This document shows positions 26,976-39,899 of a stretch of 64,000 nt of DNA, piece by piece (the stretch's first letter is position 1; each line of letters starts with the position of its first letter). The notes beneath the pieces were generated by a model that did no database searches, was not told the DNA's origin, and worked only from the letters and a program-made list of their open reading frames with translations. This stretch comes from Lytechinus pictus (Eukaryota), in assembly GCF_037042905.1 (NCBI RefSeq), contig NC_087252.1, positions 16,680,001 to 16,744,000 of the forward strand, in the 5' to 3' direction. The position numbers and the translations under genes are program-made.

Positions 26976-29766
26976 CTTAGATTCACCTGCACCACAATAT
27001 GAACATAGTGATTAAGCTAGCGACGAAACTCCAAAACAACTGAAGAAAAAGAGGCAGGCAAAACAATCAAGGTACTTTGTAGATCAACTACAGAAAATTG
27101 AAATCGGATATACTTAGTGGGCTTTTTCTCATTTCTCATTCAATTTTTTTATTTATTTTATATCAAATACAAAATCAGAACACGGTTTCAGCTCTGTGGT
27201 TCTGTTTGCAAAAAAGCAAAAAGCACTTCGCAGCACGCTTTCCGCCCCGTGATTCTTTTTACGGACAACCTCACCGCAAACATCAAAATTGACGTCGGCT
27301 CTCTGATTTCTGATTTGCTTTTCGTTCATCAATATCAAAGAGCGCCATCTACGTCAACAAAATATTTGAAGCGCCATATTTCATAATTATCTTGATAGAA
27401 TTCAAAGTAAACCACCGTTCTAGCATATTTACTGGCAAGCATATTGGTGTCGATCTGTATTCATGGTTGGGGGCTGCTTTGTTCTCTGGTGAGGGATTTC
27501 TTTTATAGCTTTTATTTCATTACTCTTTTAGTTTTGGCGAAGGTCAGTGGCGTAATAAGACATAAGTTTTCGGGGCAAGACACGACATAAGGGCAAAATA
27601 ATTTCAAATTTAGTGAGTGATCGAAGGAAGCGAGCGATCCAAAAATAACTTTTTAATACATAAATCAATTTGTTATGACGATTTCTGTCATGATGTTTGA
27701 AACATAATTATATCATATCATAATCAGTTTAACCATTTATCTATTTAAAAGGCTATTTTTGGCTCGGTTGCTTCCCTCACTCACAGCATTTTGAAATCAA
27801 TTTAACCCTTTATGTCATGTCTTACCCCGGAAGCTTTAAAATGGAATTAACTGACAACTCATTATATTTTTTTCCTACTTCACAGCAGTACAGTGTTCCG
27901 AAATGCTACAAAGAGTTTTTTTTCTATGTATTTTTTAAAAGTCAATGCATAACATACAATACACAATATAATAGACAAATCTCCAATGTTTAGAAATAAA
28001 ACAGATCAAAGAAAATTGAAATATATACACGTAATTGAAATTATTTGACAAAAGGGGGAAAATTATAACAATAATAAAAAGGCAGAGTAAACGACATAAA
28101 ATAGACAACAGTATATTTAAAATGAATAAACCAATGAAGCAAGAACCTCGGTAATTAATTACTTCAAAATCTTAAAAGCTTGTTGGGCTCCTGGGGACAT
28201 AGTGTGGTACGGTATGTCACTGACACAGCTCCCGTAATACTCTTTTGCCAAAATATATTTTTTTGCTGTTTTGGCTTCAATATGGTCCCTTTAGACCAAA
28301 AATGATGGGGTTCAAATTTTCAGACCCCTCCTTCCCTTCGTAGGGGGTCCTTTTTGGCGCTATATTGGCCTGTACAAAGCCCAATAAGATAATCAATTGT
28401 TTTCAACTCACTTTTCTTCGCCAATTTTATTTTAAATTTGTTAGAGGTGTATAAGAATGAATATTTGATGATGTTGTGATGTCAATGTTTGTTCACTTTT
28501 ACCATATGGGGGCGGAATATACGGAAAATACCCCCAAAAACCTAAAATATTACCACCAAAATTTTATTTCCCCCTTTGTGCACTAGAATTAGGCCCAAAC
28601 GATTGCAAAATGAAATGAATGTCTTGTTATACAATCCAATAACATAGGAATATATCACATGTAATTTATATCATTATTTTGGTCAATTGATGTAAAAATC
28701 AATCCCATTTCAGGATTTTATGCAAAGAAAACCTTACTCCAACACTACATGGCGCAATAAATTATGATAAGCACTTCCCTTAAAATTCTAGGCCCTGTAA
28801 TTTTGTTAATAAACTTGAAAGCTGACACATTTCAAGAATAATTATTTCCAATGCTATTTCATAGTATGGGCATTTCATTTGTTTTGATTCTACTCCCCCC
28901 GGGAGGGGGGGGGGGAGAATCAAAACAGAATCAAGGAGGGGCGCCCAAATTGGCTGCATTAGGCTAAAAATCCAAGTTTCATTTTTTTCTTACTTAAGTG
29001 GCCTTAATTTGGTTTCTATTCAAAGGTTTTTAAGTGTGAAAAAGTATATCGGGAAAAGTTACATGGACAGCAAGTGATCTCGTGAGTCCAGAAATCCAAG
29101 ATTTTTTGCAATTTTTCCGGGTAAGGGTATTTTTGGTCGTACATTGAATGGTCTATAGGCCCTCTCTTAGAAATTAAGGCACAGTGTAGGTTTGTAAATA
29201 CGGAAGTTCTCTAAATGTTGTGAAGGTCAATGAATAAAACATTACATATAATTTCAATACTGATTATGTGCATGTGTGTACGTGCGTGTGTGGGGGGGGG
29301 GGAGCCATACAAAATATAGTCTATGTGTTTCTGTTTGTCTGTCAGTAATTGGAAATTAGCCGAGAAGTATATAATTGACAATTCGAATAGAAGTCCTTTA
29401 ATCGTAGATTGTACTCTAGAACGAGTGGCCGAATGGTGAAAGTTGTATGCCAGTCAGTTGGGGGGGGGGGGTGGGGTGGGGTAGGGTAGGGGGTAGGGGT
29501 TATGGTTGGTAGGATGTTCATCTAACTGGAAGTCTTCAGATATAAGCATTCTAGCTGTCTAGGGATGATAAAGTACCATAAAACAATTCAATTCTTTAAC
29601 CAGGCGCAAAATTGCTAATACACCTAATTTTAGGGGGTCCAGGCGATCCCCCCCCCCCTCAGGCAGTGGGTGAGGGTCGGAAAATTTGAATCCTTTCACT
29701 TCCTGTTAGATTGGCCCAAAGTGAATCCAAAATGAAGACAAAAATAATTTTGCCACAAAAGTATAC

Positions 29767-30105
29767 TAATCGCTAGAGGGTATTCATTTGTCTCGCAATC
29801 TACTATGGTCAACAGGGAAATTCGTAATCACTCTCGCAAAAAGTGTTTACAAGCTTACAAGTTCACGAGCTTTCGAGTGCCGATGCAGCTCGATATCAAG
29901 TGACGAAAATTATCTGATAACGATAATTTTCGTCACTTGATAAAGAGTTGCAGCGGCACTCGAAAGCTCGTGAACTTGTAAGCTAGTAAACACTTTTTGC
30001 GAGAGTGATTACGAATTTCCCTGTTGTCCATAGTAGATTGCGAAAAAAATGAATACCCTCTAGCGATTATTTCAGTCCGCAATAATGAACCTATATAGTA
30101 TTATT
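29767..30105 (+). mobile_element. Truncated Penelope-like retroelement: inverted pseudo-LTR pair plus short 3' tail
   Basis: Near-perfect palindrome 29767-30069 (~148-bp arms, 7-nt spacer) plus a 36-nt unpaired tail. Flanked by AAAAGTATACTA (29757-29768)/AAAAGAATACTA (30106-30117). Contains a minimal hammerhead motif. Confidence 0.65.
29933..29973 (+). ncRNA. Minimal type I hammerhead ribozyme motif (Penelope type); degenerate mirror copy at 29863-29903 on the minus strand
   Basis: Stem I TCAC/GTGA; core TTGATAA(A) (U3:A8 variant of CUGANGA); stem II GAGT..ACTC; GAA-AGCT-C with palindromic stem III. Predicted cleavage after C29969. Confidence 0.6.
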
Positions 30106-31489
30106 AAAAGAATACTACATGAGTTGTTTCATGACATACCATACCACACTAATATAATCGTTATGGCGCCATCTAGTGTTGTAGTAAGGTTTTCACTGCA
30201 TAAAATCATGAAATGCGGTTGATTTTTACATCAATTGACCCAGAATAATCATATTAATTGCATGTGATGTATTTATCTGTTATTGGACTGTATAACAAGA
30301 CATATGCATTTCATTTTGTAATCTTTTTATCCTAATTCTAGTGCCAAAAAGGGGGAAAATGAGATTTTTGGAGGTAATATTTTACGATGTTGGGGCTTTT
30401 TTTTCCCGCAAAATCCGACCCCATATGGTAAAAGTGAAAAAAGCATTGACATCACAACATCATGAAATATTCATTCTTGTACATTTCAGACAACTTAGAA
30501 ATAAAATTGGCGAAGAAAAGTGAGAAATCAGGTTGAAAACAATGGATTATCCTATTGGGTTTCGTACAGGCCAATATGACGCCAAAAGGATCCCCCGCGA
30601 AGGGAAGGAGGGGTCTGAAAATTTTAACCCCATCATTTTGGGTCTAAAGGGACCCTATTGAAGACAAAGCAACAAAAAAAAAAAAATCAATTTTGGCAAA
30701 AAAATCCTACGGGATTACACACCATACCGCACTAGACAGGAGAAAAAGCAAAGAGCAGCAAATAGTTGCTTGAGAAGTTTACAAAGCAGGGAATGATATA
30801 GGCCTACTGTATTTTGTTTCCGCAAAGATTCCATACGCAATCGTATGCAACGCTACGTTGACAAGTTACATGTACGCAACTCTACTCGATACTATGCTCT
30901 CCTACCCAGGGACTACGCCGATGAGTACGCAGCGAATTTTCGCGTACTCCCTACGCAACTCTACGTAACTTTACGCAACCTTCGGTGTGAAAGCCCCTTT
31001 ACTTATACCTACAGTCACCTACATGTACATATGTGACCTTTGAAATCGGCATATTATGGAGGCCAATATAATAGGGCATTTATGGTTTAATACAAACACA
31101 TACAGGGTTCGAAAGTTATTTACCCAAATCCGTTCACATTTGACCTCATTTGATATTTGATCTATTTATGTGAACTTTGACCTCACCATATCATGGAGAT
31201 CAATATACAGCATGTGTTCTCAAACTACGGCCTGCGGGCCGGATCCGGATTTTCATAGAAGTTAGATCATAAAGTGAGTTTTCTACTCATGAACATTTAT
31301 TTGAGAATACTACCATATTATAGAATTAATTTAGCCCCATGTCAGAGGGACATCTTTTGGGACGCGCTGTATAAGAAATATCACAAAGACAGTAAATGAA
31401 CTGCAAGCTGGCAACATGATTTCAGACCAAAATATTGTGTACGTAAACTTAGATACATGTAGCCGCTTGGTAGGCCTACGGGATGAATT

Positions 31490-31600
31490 CGTGCACAAGT
31501 TTTGAGTTCGAGATCGAATCACAATGTAATTGCGCACAAGTTTTGAGTTCGAAATCGAATCACAGTATAATCATGCACAAGTTTCGAGTTATAAATCAGC
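31490..31600. repeat. Short tandem repeat, ~41-bp unit x ~2.5
   Basis: gcacaagttttgagttcga(g/a)atcgaatcaca repeated. Confidence 0.7.
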
Positions 31601-31724
31601 ATGAATTTCTGCATTATTTATGCACTGGAAAACACAACTTTTGAGCTGGAAATAAATTTAAAATGTGTGCAATACTTTGTGCTTGATATCCAAACAAATA
31701 GTGCAATAGTCTTTCGTTCAAAAT

Positions 31725-31899
31725 CAAGAGATATCAAGAATTTTATTTTTTTTATCAAAAAATGAATTTTTGATATCAAGAATTCATTTCTCGATATCAA
31801 GAAATCAAATTCTTGATATCAAAAATTGTTTTGTGTAGTTAAGCAATGGTAATTATTGATATCAAGAAATAGGCCTAAATGTTAAAACGTTTTGCCATA
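31725..31899. mobile_element. Right-end fragment of a MITE with ttgatatcaagaa repeats (IS3EU-like terminus)
   Basis: Repeated palindromic ttgatatcaa units ending in ...TTTTGCCATA; left end not identified. Confidence 0.4.
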
Positions 31900-32696
31900 C
31901 GCGCACACTTGATTCGACATAAAACCTTGAAGTCCAGCCACACCCAGGTGCCCCCCCCCCTGCTATCGAGTAGTATGGTGATCACGTATCGCGCGCGACC
32001 ATGGTCGTCTGAAGATCGGATCATGGACTTACTTGAGAGCGGAGCTTGATTTAGACGTGTTTTGACTGGGCCAGGGATGTTATTGGAATATGTGAAAGAC
32101 AGTAGTAAATGAATAGTGATTATGGGATGTGATAATTATGTACATTATAACATATTAAAAAAAATGCAGGGGGAATCTGATTTCGTGGGGGTGCTGCCTA
32201 TGGAAAATAATACACACAGCACCCCCTGGAAAATTTCTGGGGGTGTTGAATCATCCCCAGCACCCCCGCTTCCCAGGTCCATGCATTATAATCGCGAACA
32301 GGTTATATACCTACGACATACAGGTATTTCATTAAACAAACAATGTGAGCTTGAAACTCGAGCTGCAATTTGAAAACGTTTTAATATAGGCATGGATACG
32401 ATGCGTATCTTATTAAGAAATAATATACGTAGTGCGAAACGTAAGCCCCAATTTTGATTGATATTCATGACATGAAAGGGATCAGTTTAAGCACTTTTTA
32501 AGGGATATAATTACTTACGAAATACCAAATGCCGTACTGATAAGTAAACAATCTAAGGAGTATTTTGCAGAAATTAATGAAAATTTAATATTTTAAATTT
32601 CATATCTTATACGAACAAAATCATTACCCTATTACACACACACCTTCATACCCTCACCAACAAACACACACACACACACACCCATATATGTATATA

Positions 32697-33608
32697 TAAA
32701 CTCCTCAAATATAGTTTGGAAATCTGAGTTTGGCCATTAATTTCTCTCAACTCCCAATTTAACACAATGCATATTTGACATTATTCAGAAGATCATTTAG
32801 ATCTCTTTAAAATGATACCATGCTTGTTATAATCATGCCATCACGAAAAGAGAAGAATTCAAAAGTGTTGGATGAGGTCTGAATTGAAAAGCTGCAAAAC
32901 GAGCAAAAAAAGTTTGGAAATCTGAGTTTGGTCATTAATTTCTGTCAACTCCCAATTTTACGCAATGCAAATTTGGCATCATTCAAAAGATAATTTAATT
33001 CACTTTAAAATGATACCATGCTTATTGTAATCATGCCATCAAGAAAAGAGCAGGAATTGAAAAGCTGCAAAACGAGCAGAAATAGTCATGAAGGGTCAAT
33101 ACAGAACATGATTCTTTTGCCTGTGTCAATAGAGATCAAAATCCATTCAAATGAAGCCCCTGCTTCATTTTTTAATGTTTTGTTGTGGTCATGTAGTGAT
33201 GGTTCTGTGAGATAACATGGTTTGAGTCGTAGTTTGAAATACCCATGCATGTCTGTTTGTTTGTTTTGTGTTTGCTTGTGCAGAGGTGTGTTTGATTCCA
33301 TGTTAATGTTGATGTTAAGGTGCATGAAAACAATAAAAAGAATCCGCTGAGAAACTCACTCAACACCACGGAAAAAAGAACAGTGACTTTCAATATTGTG
33401 TCATTTTGCAACTTTTGAATTTTGACCTTGCCCAATATATTTCAAGGCACTGCACCTCCATGTGAAGCATAATCATATCATGTAGGGTATCATTTTAAAG
33501 AAAATTAAATGATTTTTTTTTTCGATATTAATTACACATGGATATTTACTAAAAACGAGGAGGGATTATTGATCAAAGTCAGATTTCCAAACTTTTTTGA
33601 GGAGTTTA
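32697..33608. mobile_element. Tc1/mariner-like MITE with an internal ~195-bp tandem duplication
   Basis: TA|TAAACTCCTCAAATATAGTTTGGAAATCTGA..TCAGATTTCCAAACTTTTTTGAGGAGTTTA|TA; 32714-32910 is repeated at 32911-33080. Confidence 0.7.
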
Positions 33609-34225
33609 TATGTATGTGTATGAACTAACAAGAAACACTTACCGGAATGGGCAAAGATGTGATGACGAGTAATCTGTTGATGAACTGTTTGAATAGTAGT
33701 CGGAGGTTGAACTGGTACAGGTATGGATTTGAAGCTTGTTATATATGACACAATTGTGTCTCTTCTGTGAATATGCATGAAGAACTATAGGAAGTACGTG
33801 ATTGGACAAATCTGTTTTGGGTGTTGGACCAGTAGAACTCTATCTATTTGACATGAAAGGGAATGGAATGCACGTTTGCGTTGACACTTTATTCTACAGA
33901 CTCTAGAAAAAAAATCAATCATACTTGGGTGACTTCGGCTTTCGTTCACGTAGATTGTTAGAATCGCGATGATCTTCATTTTGTGTAGTTGCCAAAAAAG
34001 ATATAGACCACTATGTCAAACAAGTTTGCATCCCATAGAGAGCGAAAGAGAGAGCGAGAGGGAGATAGGGAGGGGGCGGGGATAAGCATTGCCCTTTTAT
34101 GGAATACAAACCAAAAAACAAGGTTTGAAGATTGGGGTTTTGTCACCAATGAGATCTGAATTCGGTACGTCTCGCTCAAACTTTATTTGAAAACAGTAAG
34201 GAAAAGTACTTAATTCAATTTTTAA

Positions 34226-34751
34226 AGGACAAGTTCACCCCCATAAATGATGAAATTTCATTAAAATCAGTTGTAAAATAAGAAATTTATGACATTTTTA
34301 AACTTCGCCTTCTTTTTCTGAAAACAGTATTATGCACATTTTAGTCGGTATGCAAATGAAAGGACTGATAACATCATCCACTCACTGTTTGTTTTGTATT
34401 TTATTATATGAGATAATTTTCTCCCCATTGACCTGTAAAAACAAAGTTTTATTTCTCCCTGAGGCCTGAACATGTGGAACTATTGTTTTAAAATTGTGTG
34501 GTTCAGTCAAGTTGGTCCTCACTGTCTTATCTGTAAAAACTGAAATATTGTATAATCCAAACAATAAGGAAAAAGCAAAAGTGAGTGAAAGACAAAATCG
34601 ACCGTCTCACTTGCATGTCCGTCAATTGTGAATATAACTGTTTTTTGAAAAATAAGCGAAAATTTCAGATTTTTATAAAATTTTCAATGTTATGCTTGTT
34701 ATATTTTCTCTGTTGATTCAAATCAACATATTTCTTGGGTGGACTTGACCT
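34226..34751. mobile_element. Degenerate Kolobok-like MITE
   Basis: TTAA|AGGACAAGTTCACCC..GGGTGGACTTGACCT; right TTAA degenerate. Confidence 0.55.
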
Positions 34752-36598
34752 ATCAATAAGTTTTGAATTTTTGGGAGTATATGGACATGATAAAACATTG
34801 GTCAGATAATATTTGCTATTTCTTACTTTTTGAAGACTTCTGGGGCTATTTCCAGAAAACTTTCCCTGACAGATGATTAGCTGTGGGTGACGTGACACAC
34901 ATGTCTAAAAATTTAAATCTTCTTTCTGTACCTCAATACTGTCTTTACTGCATTGCTTTTCATACATGTGACGGGGTTTTAAATACGAAGAATCAAATTA
35001 CTTCTTTATCATTATCTACATGTAGGTATACCTCTTTCAATATTACTGATTAAGTTTCTATTGATATAGTTCTTATACTGTATATACTTTATTTGTTATC
35101 TAGTGTGGTCATTTTAATAATCCGACCTGTGCTTTCTATGGCAGTACCCATTTACAACAATATGTTTTATAATGCATCTCGTAATTATTTGTATAATCTT
35201 GATGGCAATCGTCTGTTCAATTTCCTTTTTAGATTGTGGACCTATATATCTTTAAATTACACGAATAATGGGAAAGAAAAAACAGTCAAACAACTCAATT
35301 CCGTTTTATGCAGCCCTTAATATCTGAGAACGACATTCCCAAGGCTTTAAAGATACATTTCATTACATTGAAATAAACAAGTGATCTGTATATGGGATCT
35401 CTATTATAGGATTAAATAACACGCAATGCATTCTTTCTAGCTAGGTAAGATGAGTGAATACTTCCCCAGACAATTTGTCCCGTAATTTAGATAGGATTAC
35501 ATCAATGTTGAGTTAGGCATTTTTAGGGAGGAATTTGGAAGGAAAAAAGTAACTTAATTTGAATGATAATACTAACATTGCGTGATATTGTACGACATAT
35601 GAATCAATACGTGCTTTCCATGATTATTTGCTGTCTATTACCTATATATTTTGTTGTAGCAACAACGTCAATGTCTTTATTTTGACATTTATTGTTACAA
35701 AACATGCACTTCATTTTGTATATTAATGGCAATTTGTTGGCCCAACTGGCAATTCAGTGTTTATACATTAATCAAAATAGCGGGACTAGGATGAGAATAG
35801 AGTACATTTTAATTCGTCTAAAAAAAGGATAGAAGAAAATATTCAGAGGAGTTATGGATGTAATTTATATGGATTATGAATAAAAGTGGACCCAGTAGGC
35901 TACCTTGGGGAAAACTCTAATTAACATTTTGTAGAGAAACATTTTGTTCATTTATGCTTACTTATTATTGACGATTTTCGAGGTAGTTTGTAAAACACAC
36001 CAAGGCCACCCACGAACTCTGTAATTTTCAAGATCATATACGGTAGAAGTATCTCATGGTTTGTAGTGTCAAATGCCTTGGAGAGGAGAGAAAAACACAT
36101 ATTGTATGTTCAAAGTTATCAATAGCTTTTGTTATTTCCCCATAGATAAGAGAGTAGTATGCGATGTACTATAGTTTTGGCGAAATCCAAATTGAAAGTT
36201 TTAAATTATACTTTATTTATTCCGAAAATATAATACTATTGTATAGATCACCCTGTTTTAGATAAAGTATGCATTAAAGATATTGGTCTACAGTTACATA
36301 CATTAATCATTTGGCTTTTTTGTGCACTGGTATTAGCTTAGATATTTTCATATTGTCAGGCACGACGCCATTACTTAAAGAAAGGTGAAATTTGTATAGT
36401 AATGGGTCATCAATGTGTATATCATTCTTTATTAAAATATCCTCAGTACCATCGTGATCACAGCTATTTTGTTTTTAAGTTGTTCACTATAATTATGTAA
36501 TATTTTGTTCTTGTGAACTGGTACTACAAATAGAAAATTAGGGTTTGGTTATGAATGAAACCAGTATCCTTTTTACCCAATTAAACTAGTGCCACACA

Positions 36599-39500
36599 TA
36601 TGGCACGCCAGAAGGGAATCAAATATTTATATTCGACACCAACTAAAAAACTATTTGACGCGGCGAAATTCTATTTGACACAAAATGTATTTGACAGAAA
36701 ATATATTTGACAAAAAATATATTCGGCAAAACATATATTCGACATAACATATATTTGACAAAAATATATTTGACACAAAATATATTTGACAAAAAATATA
36801 TTCGACAAAAAATATATTTGCAAAAATAAATTCAACAAAACATATATTCGACAAAACATATATTTGATATTCGACAAAACATATATTTGACAAAAATATA
36901 TTGGATAAAAAATATATTTGACGAAAATATATTTGACACAAAACATATATTCGACAAAAATATATTCAACAAAACATATATTCGACAAAACATATATTTG
37001 ACAAAATTATATTAGATATTCGACAAAACATATATTTGACAAAAATATATTCGATAAAAAATAAATTTGACAAAAAATATATTCGACAAAAAAATATTTG
37101 ACAAAAATATATTTGACACAAAATATATTCAACAAAACATATATTCGACAAAACATATATTTGACCAGATTACATTTGATATTCGACAAAACATTTATTT
37201 GACAAAAATATATTCGATGAAAAATATATTTGACAAAAATATATTTGACACAAAATATATTTGACAAAAATATATTCAACAAAACATATATTCGACAAAA
37301 CATATATTTGACAAAATTATATTTGATATTCCACAAAACATATATTTGAAAACAAATATATTCGACAAAAAAATATTTGACAAAAATATATTCAACAAAA
37401 CATATATTTGACAAAACATATATATGAAAAAATTTGATTTGATCAAAAACAGATTTGACAAAAAAAATATTTGACAAAATTATATTCGACACAATTTTAT
37501 TTGACACAATTTCATTTAACAAAAAATAATTCGACAAAATTTCATTTGACATAAGTGTCTACTCATTTGACACAATTTCATTCGACACAATTTAATTTGA
37601 CCTAAACATTTGGCGTACCGTACATGCGATGCCAAAAATATATTCGACAAAATTTCATTAAAAAAAAAAAAATAATTCGTCCAAAATTCATTCGATATGG
37701 CGCGCCTGTACGTACGTACGGGTACGACTACATCGTGTGCATGCGATATATGCACGCGCAGTCTGCACATGGCCATCATAATGGCGCATCCCCATCCGAA
37801 TAGTGATCTCCTTGAGGAAATACACCAAAATGTCAGAACTCTGATGGAAGCTCTATCCTGTTGGCAGAGACAACCGTCAACTTCAAGATCAACACCAAGG
37901 TCCACGGCCGTGGCCTCTGCCTCTGCCAGCTCTTGGGGCCGCGGAGTCAGGCACCAGGCCAGGGACTGCATCGGGGACTGCATCATCATTTGTGTCGTCA
38001 GGGCCAGCCCTCGATCTAGATCGTCCTGGTCTCGGGCTGCCGCCCCCGGGCCAACGCCAGCGTCAAGTCTGCGACCATGCCGGTGTTACCAGCAACACTA
38101 GCAGTCTCCGGGAGTTTCGCCAGTTATTTGGCCTATCTGGATCCGGATCTGGACGAAGTACTAGTAGTGCAGTCAGTACTGGACCAGGACGAGGTCGAGT
38201 CAGGACGATCTGCAGCAGCAGTAGGCACAGGCCTAGATCTACTGCTTGTCCAGCTATTCTAGAAAATCTACTTTCTACTTTCTAGATCTAGATCTATCAT
38301 CTAGATCTAGATCTAGATCTACTTTCTTTTAAAGTTTTAGTTTTACTTTTTTACTTTTTTTTAATATGGTTGTAACATTGTAGACATGATAGATCTATTA
38401 TTTTATTAAAAAGTCTAGGCCTAGATCTACTTAACTTGGATGAAAATTTAAATAAGTCAGAGACGAGACCGACCGAGACCACTTTATTTTACGGTAGAGA
38501 TCTACATTGTGTTGATGTTGTATTGGTTATTGCCTTATTCAGTTATTGACGTAGCCTACTTAACGTCAGTCCTTATAGCCTCTTGTCGAGGCCCTGCCAA
38601 CTGATCTATACTCTAACTCGCAAGTTAGGGTATAGATCAGTTGCCAGGGCTACTCGCTTCGCGAGCAGGGTTCCTCGCTTCGCTCGGGATGTAAAAGAGC
38701 AGCCGCCAGGCCCAGGGCCTCGACAAGAGGCTAACCTAACATAGGCTAGGTCACTTAGTCCAGGCAGTAGATTTCTAGGCCTACTGGCAGTAGATTCTAG
38801 ATCTAGTAGGGGCCTAGACTCTACTACTAGACCTATTAAAAGAAGTAGGTCTGGTAATATAACTTTAGATCTACTTTGAGTTTGACGTAGATCTACATGT
38901 ATGGGCGTAATCGTAATATAGTGTACTCACGCAGCGGCTCCAGCTCCCTACTGGCCTGCTGCTAACTGCCTGACGCGTCCCGTCCGACGTCCCGGTCCCT
39001 ACGCCGTACGCTAGCCCGGGCTGCACTAGTACTATCGGCCGGTATCGCGATCGGTGGCCCAGCTGCATGAGGATTTGTCGAACAAAATTTTGTAGTAAAA
39101 TGAAATTTTTCCGAATGAATTTATATTTCATCGAATTAATTTTAGTCGAATAAAATGTTTTTCGCTTTGAATACTATTTTTTCGAATTAAATTTTGTCTA
39201 ATATAAAATGATCACATGAAACATTGTCGATTTTTTTTTTGTCGAATGTGTCGAATGAAATTTTGTTTTGTGGAATGAAATGTTGACGAATATATTTTTG
39301 ACATCGCACGTGTGGTACGCCAAATATGTAGGTCAAATGAGATTGTGTCGAATGAATTTTTGTCAAATGAAGTTGTGTCGAATGAAATTGTGTCAAATAA
39401 AATTTTGCCGAATATAATTTTGTGAAATATTTTTTTGTCAAATCTATTTTTTATCAAATATGATTTTGTCAAATATATATTTTCTCGAATATATGTTTTG

Positions 39501-39814
39501 TTGAATATATTTTCGCCAAATATCTTTTTGTCGAATATCTTTTTGTCGAATATAATTTGTGTCAAATATAATTTTGTCAAACTTTATTTTTTGTCAAATA
39601 TATTTTTGTCAAATATATTTTTGTCAAGTACATGTTTTGTCGAATACATGTTTTGTCGAATATATTTTTGTCAAATATATTTTTTTTCGAATATATTTTT
39701 CGTCGAATATATTTTTTGTCAAATATATTTTGTGTCAAATAGAATTTTGCCGCGTCAAATAGTTTTTTAGTTGGTGTCGAGTATAAATATTTGATTCCCT
39801 TATGGCGTGCCATG
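36599..39814. mobile_element. IS3EU-like non-autonomous element with minisatellite arms and a GC-rich core
   Basis: Termini TATGGCACGCC..GGCGTGCCATG, 6-bp TSD CACACA (36593-36598, 39815-39820). Arms are inverted arrays of ~15-17-bp tt(c/t)gacaaaaatata units. TAYGG ends with 6-bp TSD are the IS3EU signature. Confidence 0.8.
38576..38733. mobile_element. 158-bp MITE with 21-bp perfect TIR and internal hairpin
   Basis: TAGCCTCTTGTCGAGGCCCTG..CAGGGCCTCGACAAGAGGCTA; internal gccctgccaactgatctatac..gtatagatcagttgccagggc; no clear TSD. Confidence 0.7.
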
Positions 39815-39899
39815 CACACAAGCCCTGCGTAATATTGAGAGATGCATAATGGACATTGACACTTGGTTGAATTCAAACTTGTTACTTTTGAAGCATAGT

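Larger units (their letters stand above)
28200..30734. mobile_element. Academ-like long-TIR element with 4-bp TSD, containing a second related right end at ~29620-30150
   Basis: TAGTGTGGTACGGT..ACCATACCGCACTA; GACA at both 28196-28199 and 30735-30738; ~550-bp inverted arms (28200-28760 vs 30160-30734). Confidence 0.78.

Noticed and set aside
36651..39876. Many Phe/Ile/Cys-rich ORFs
   Set aside because: Products of the 15-17-bp minisatellite arms of the IS3EU-like element.
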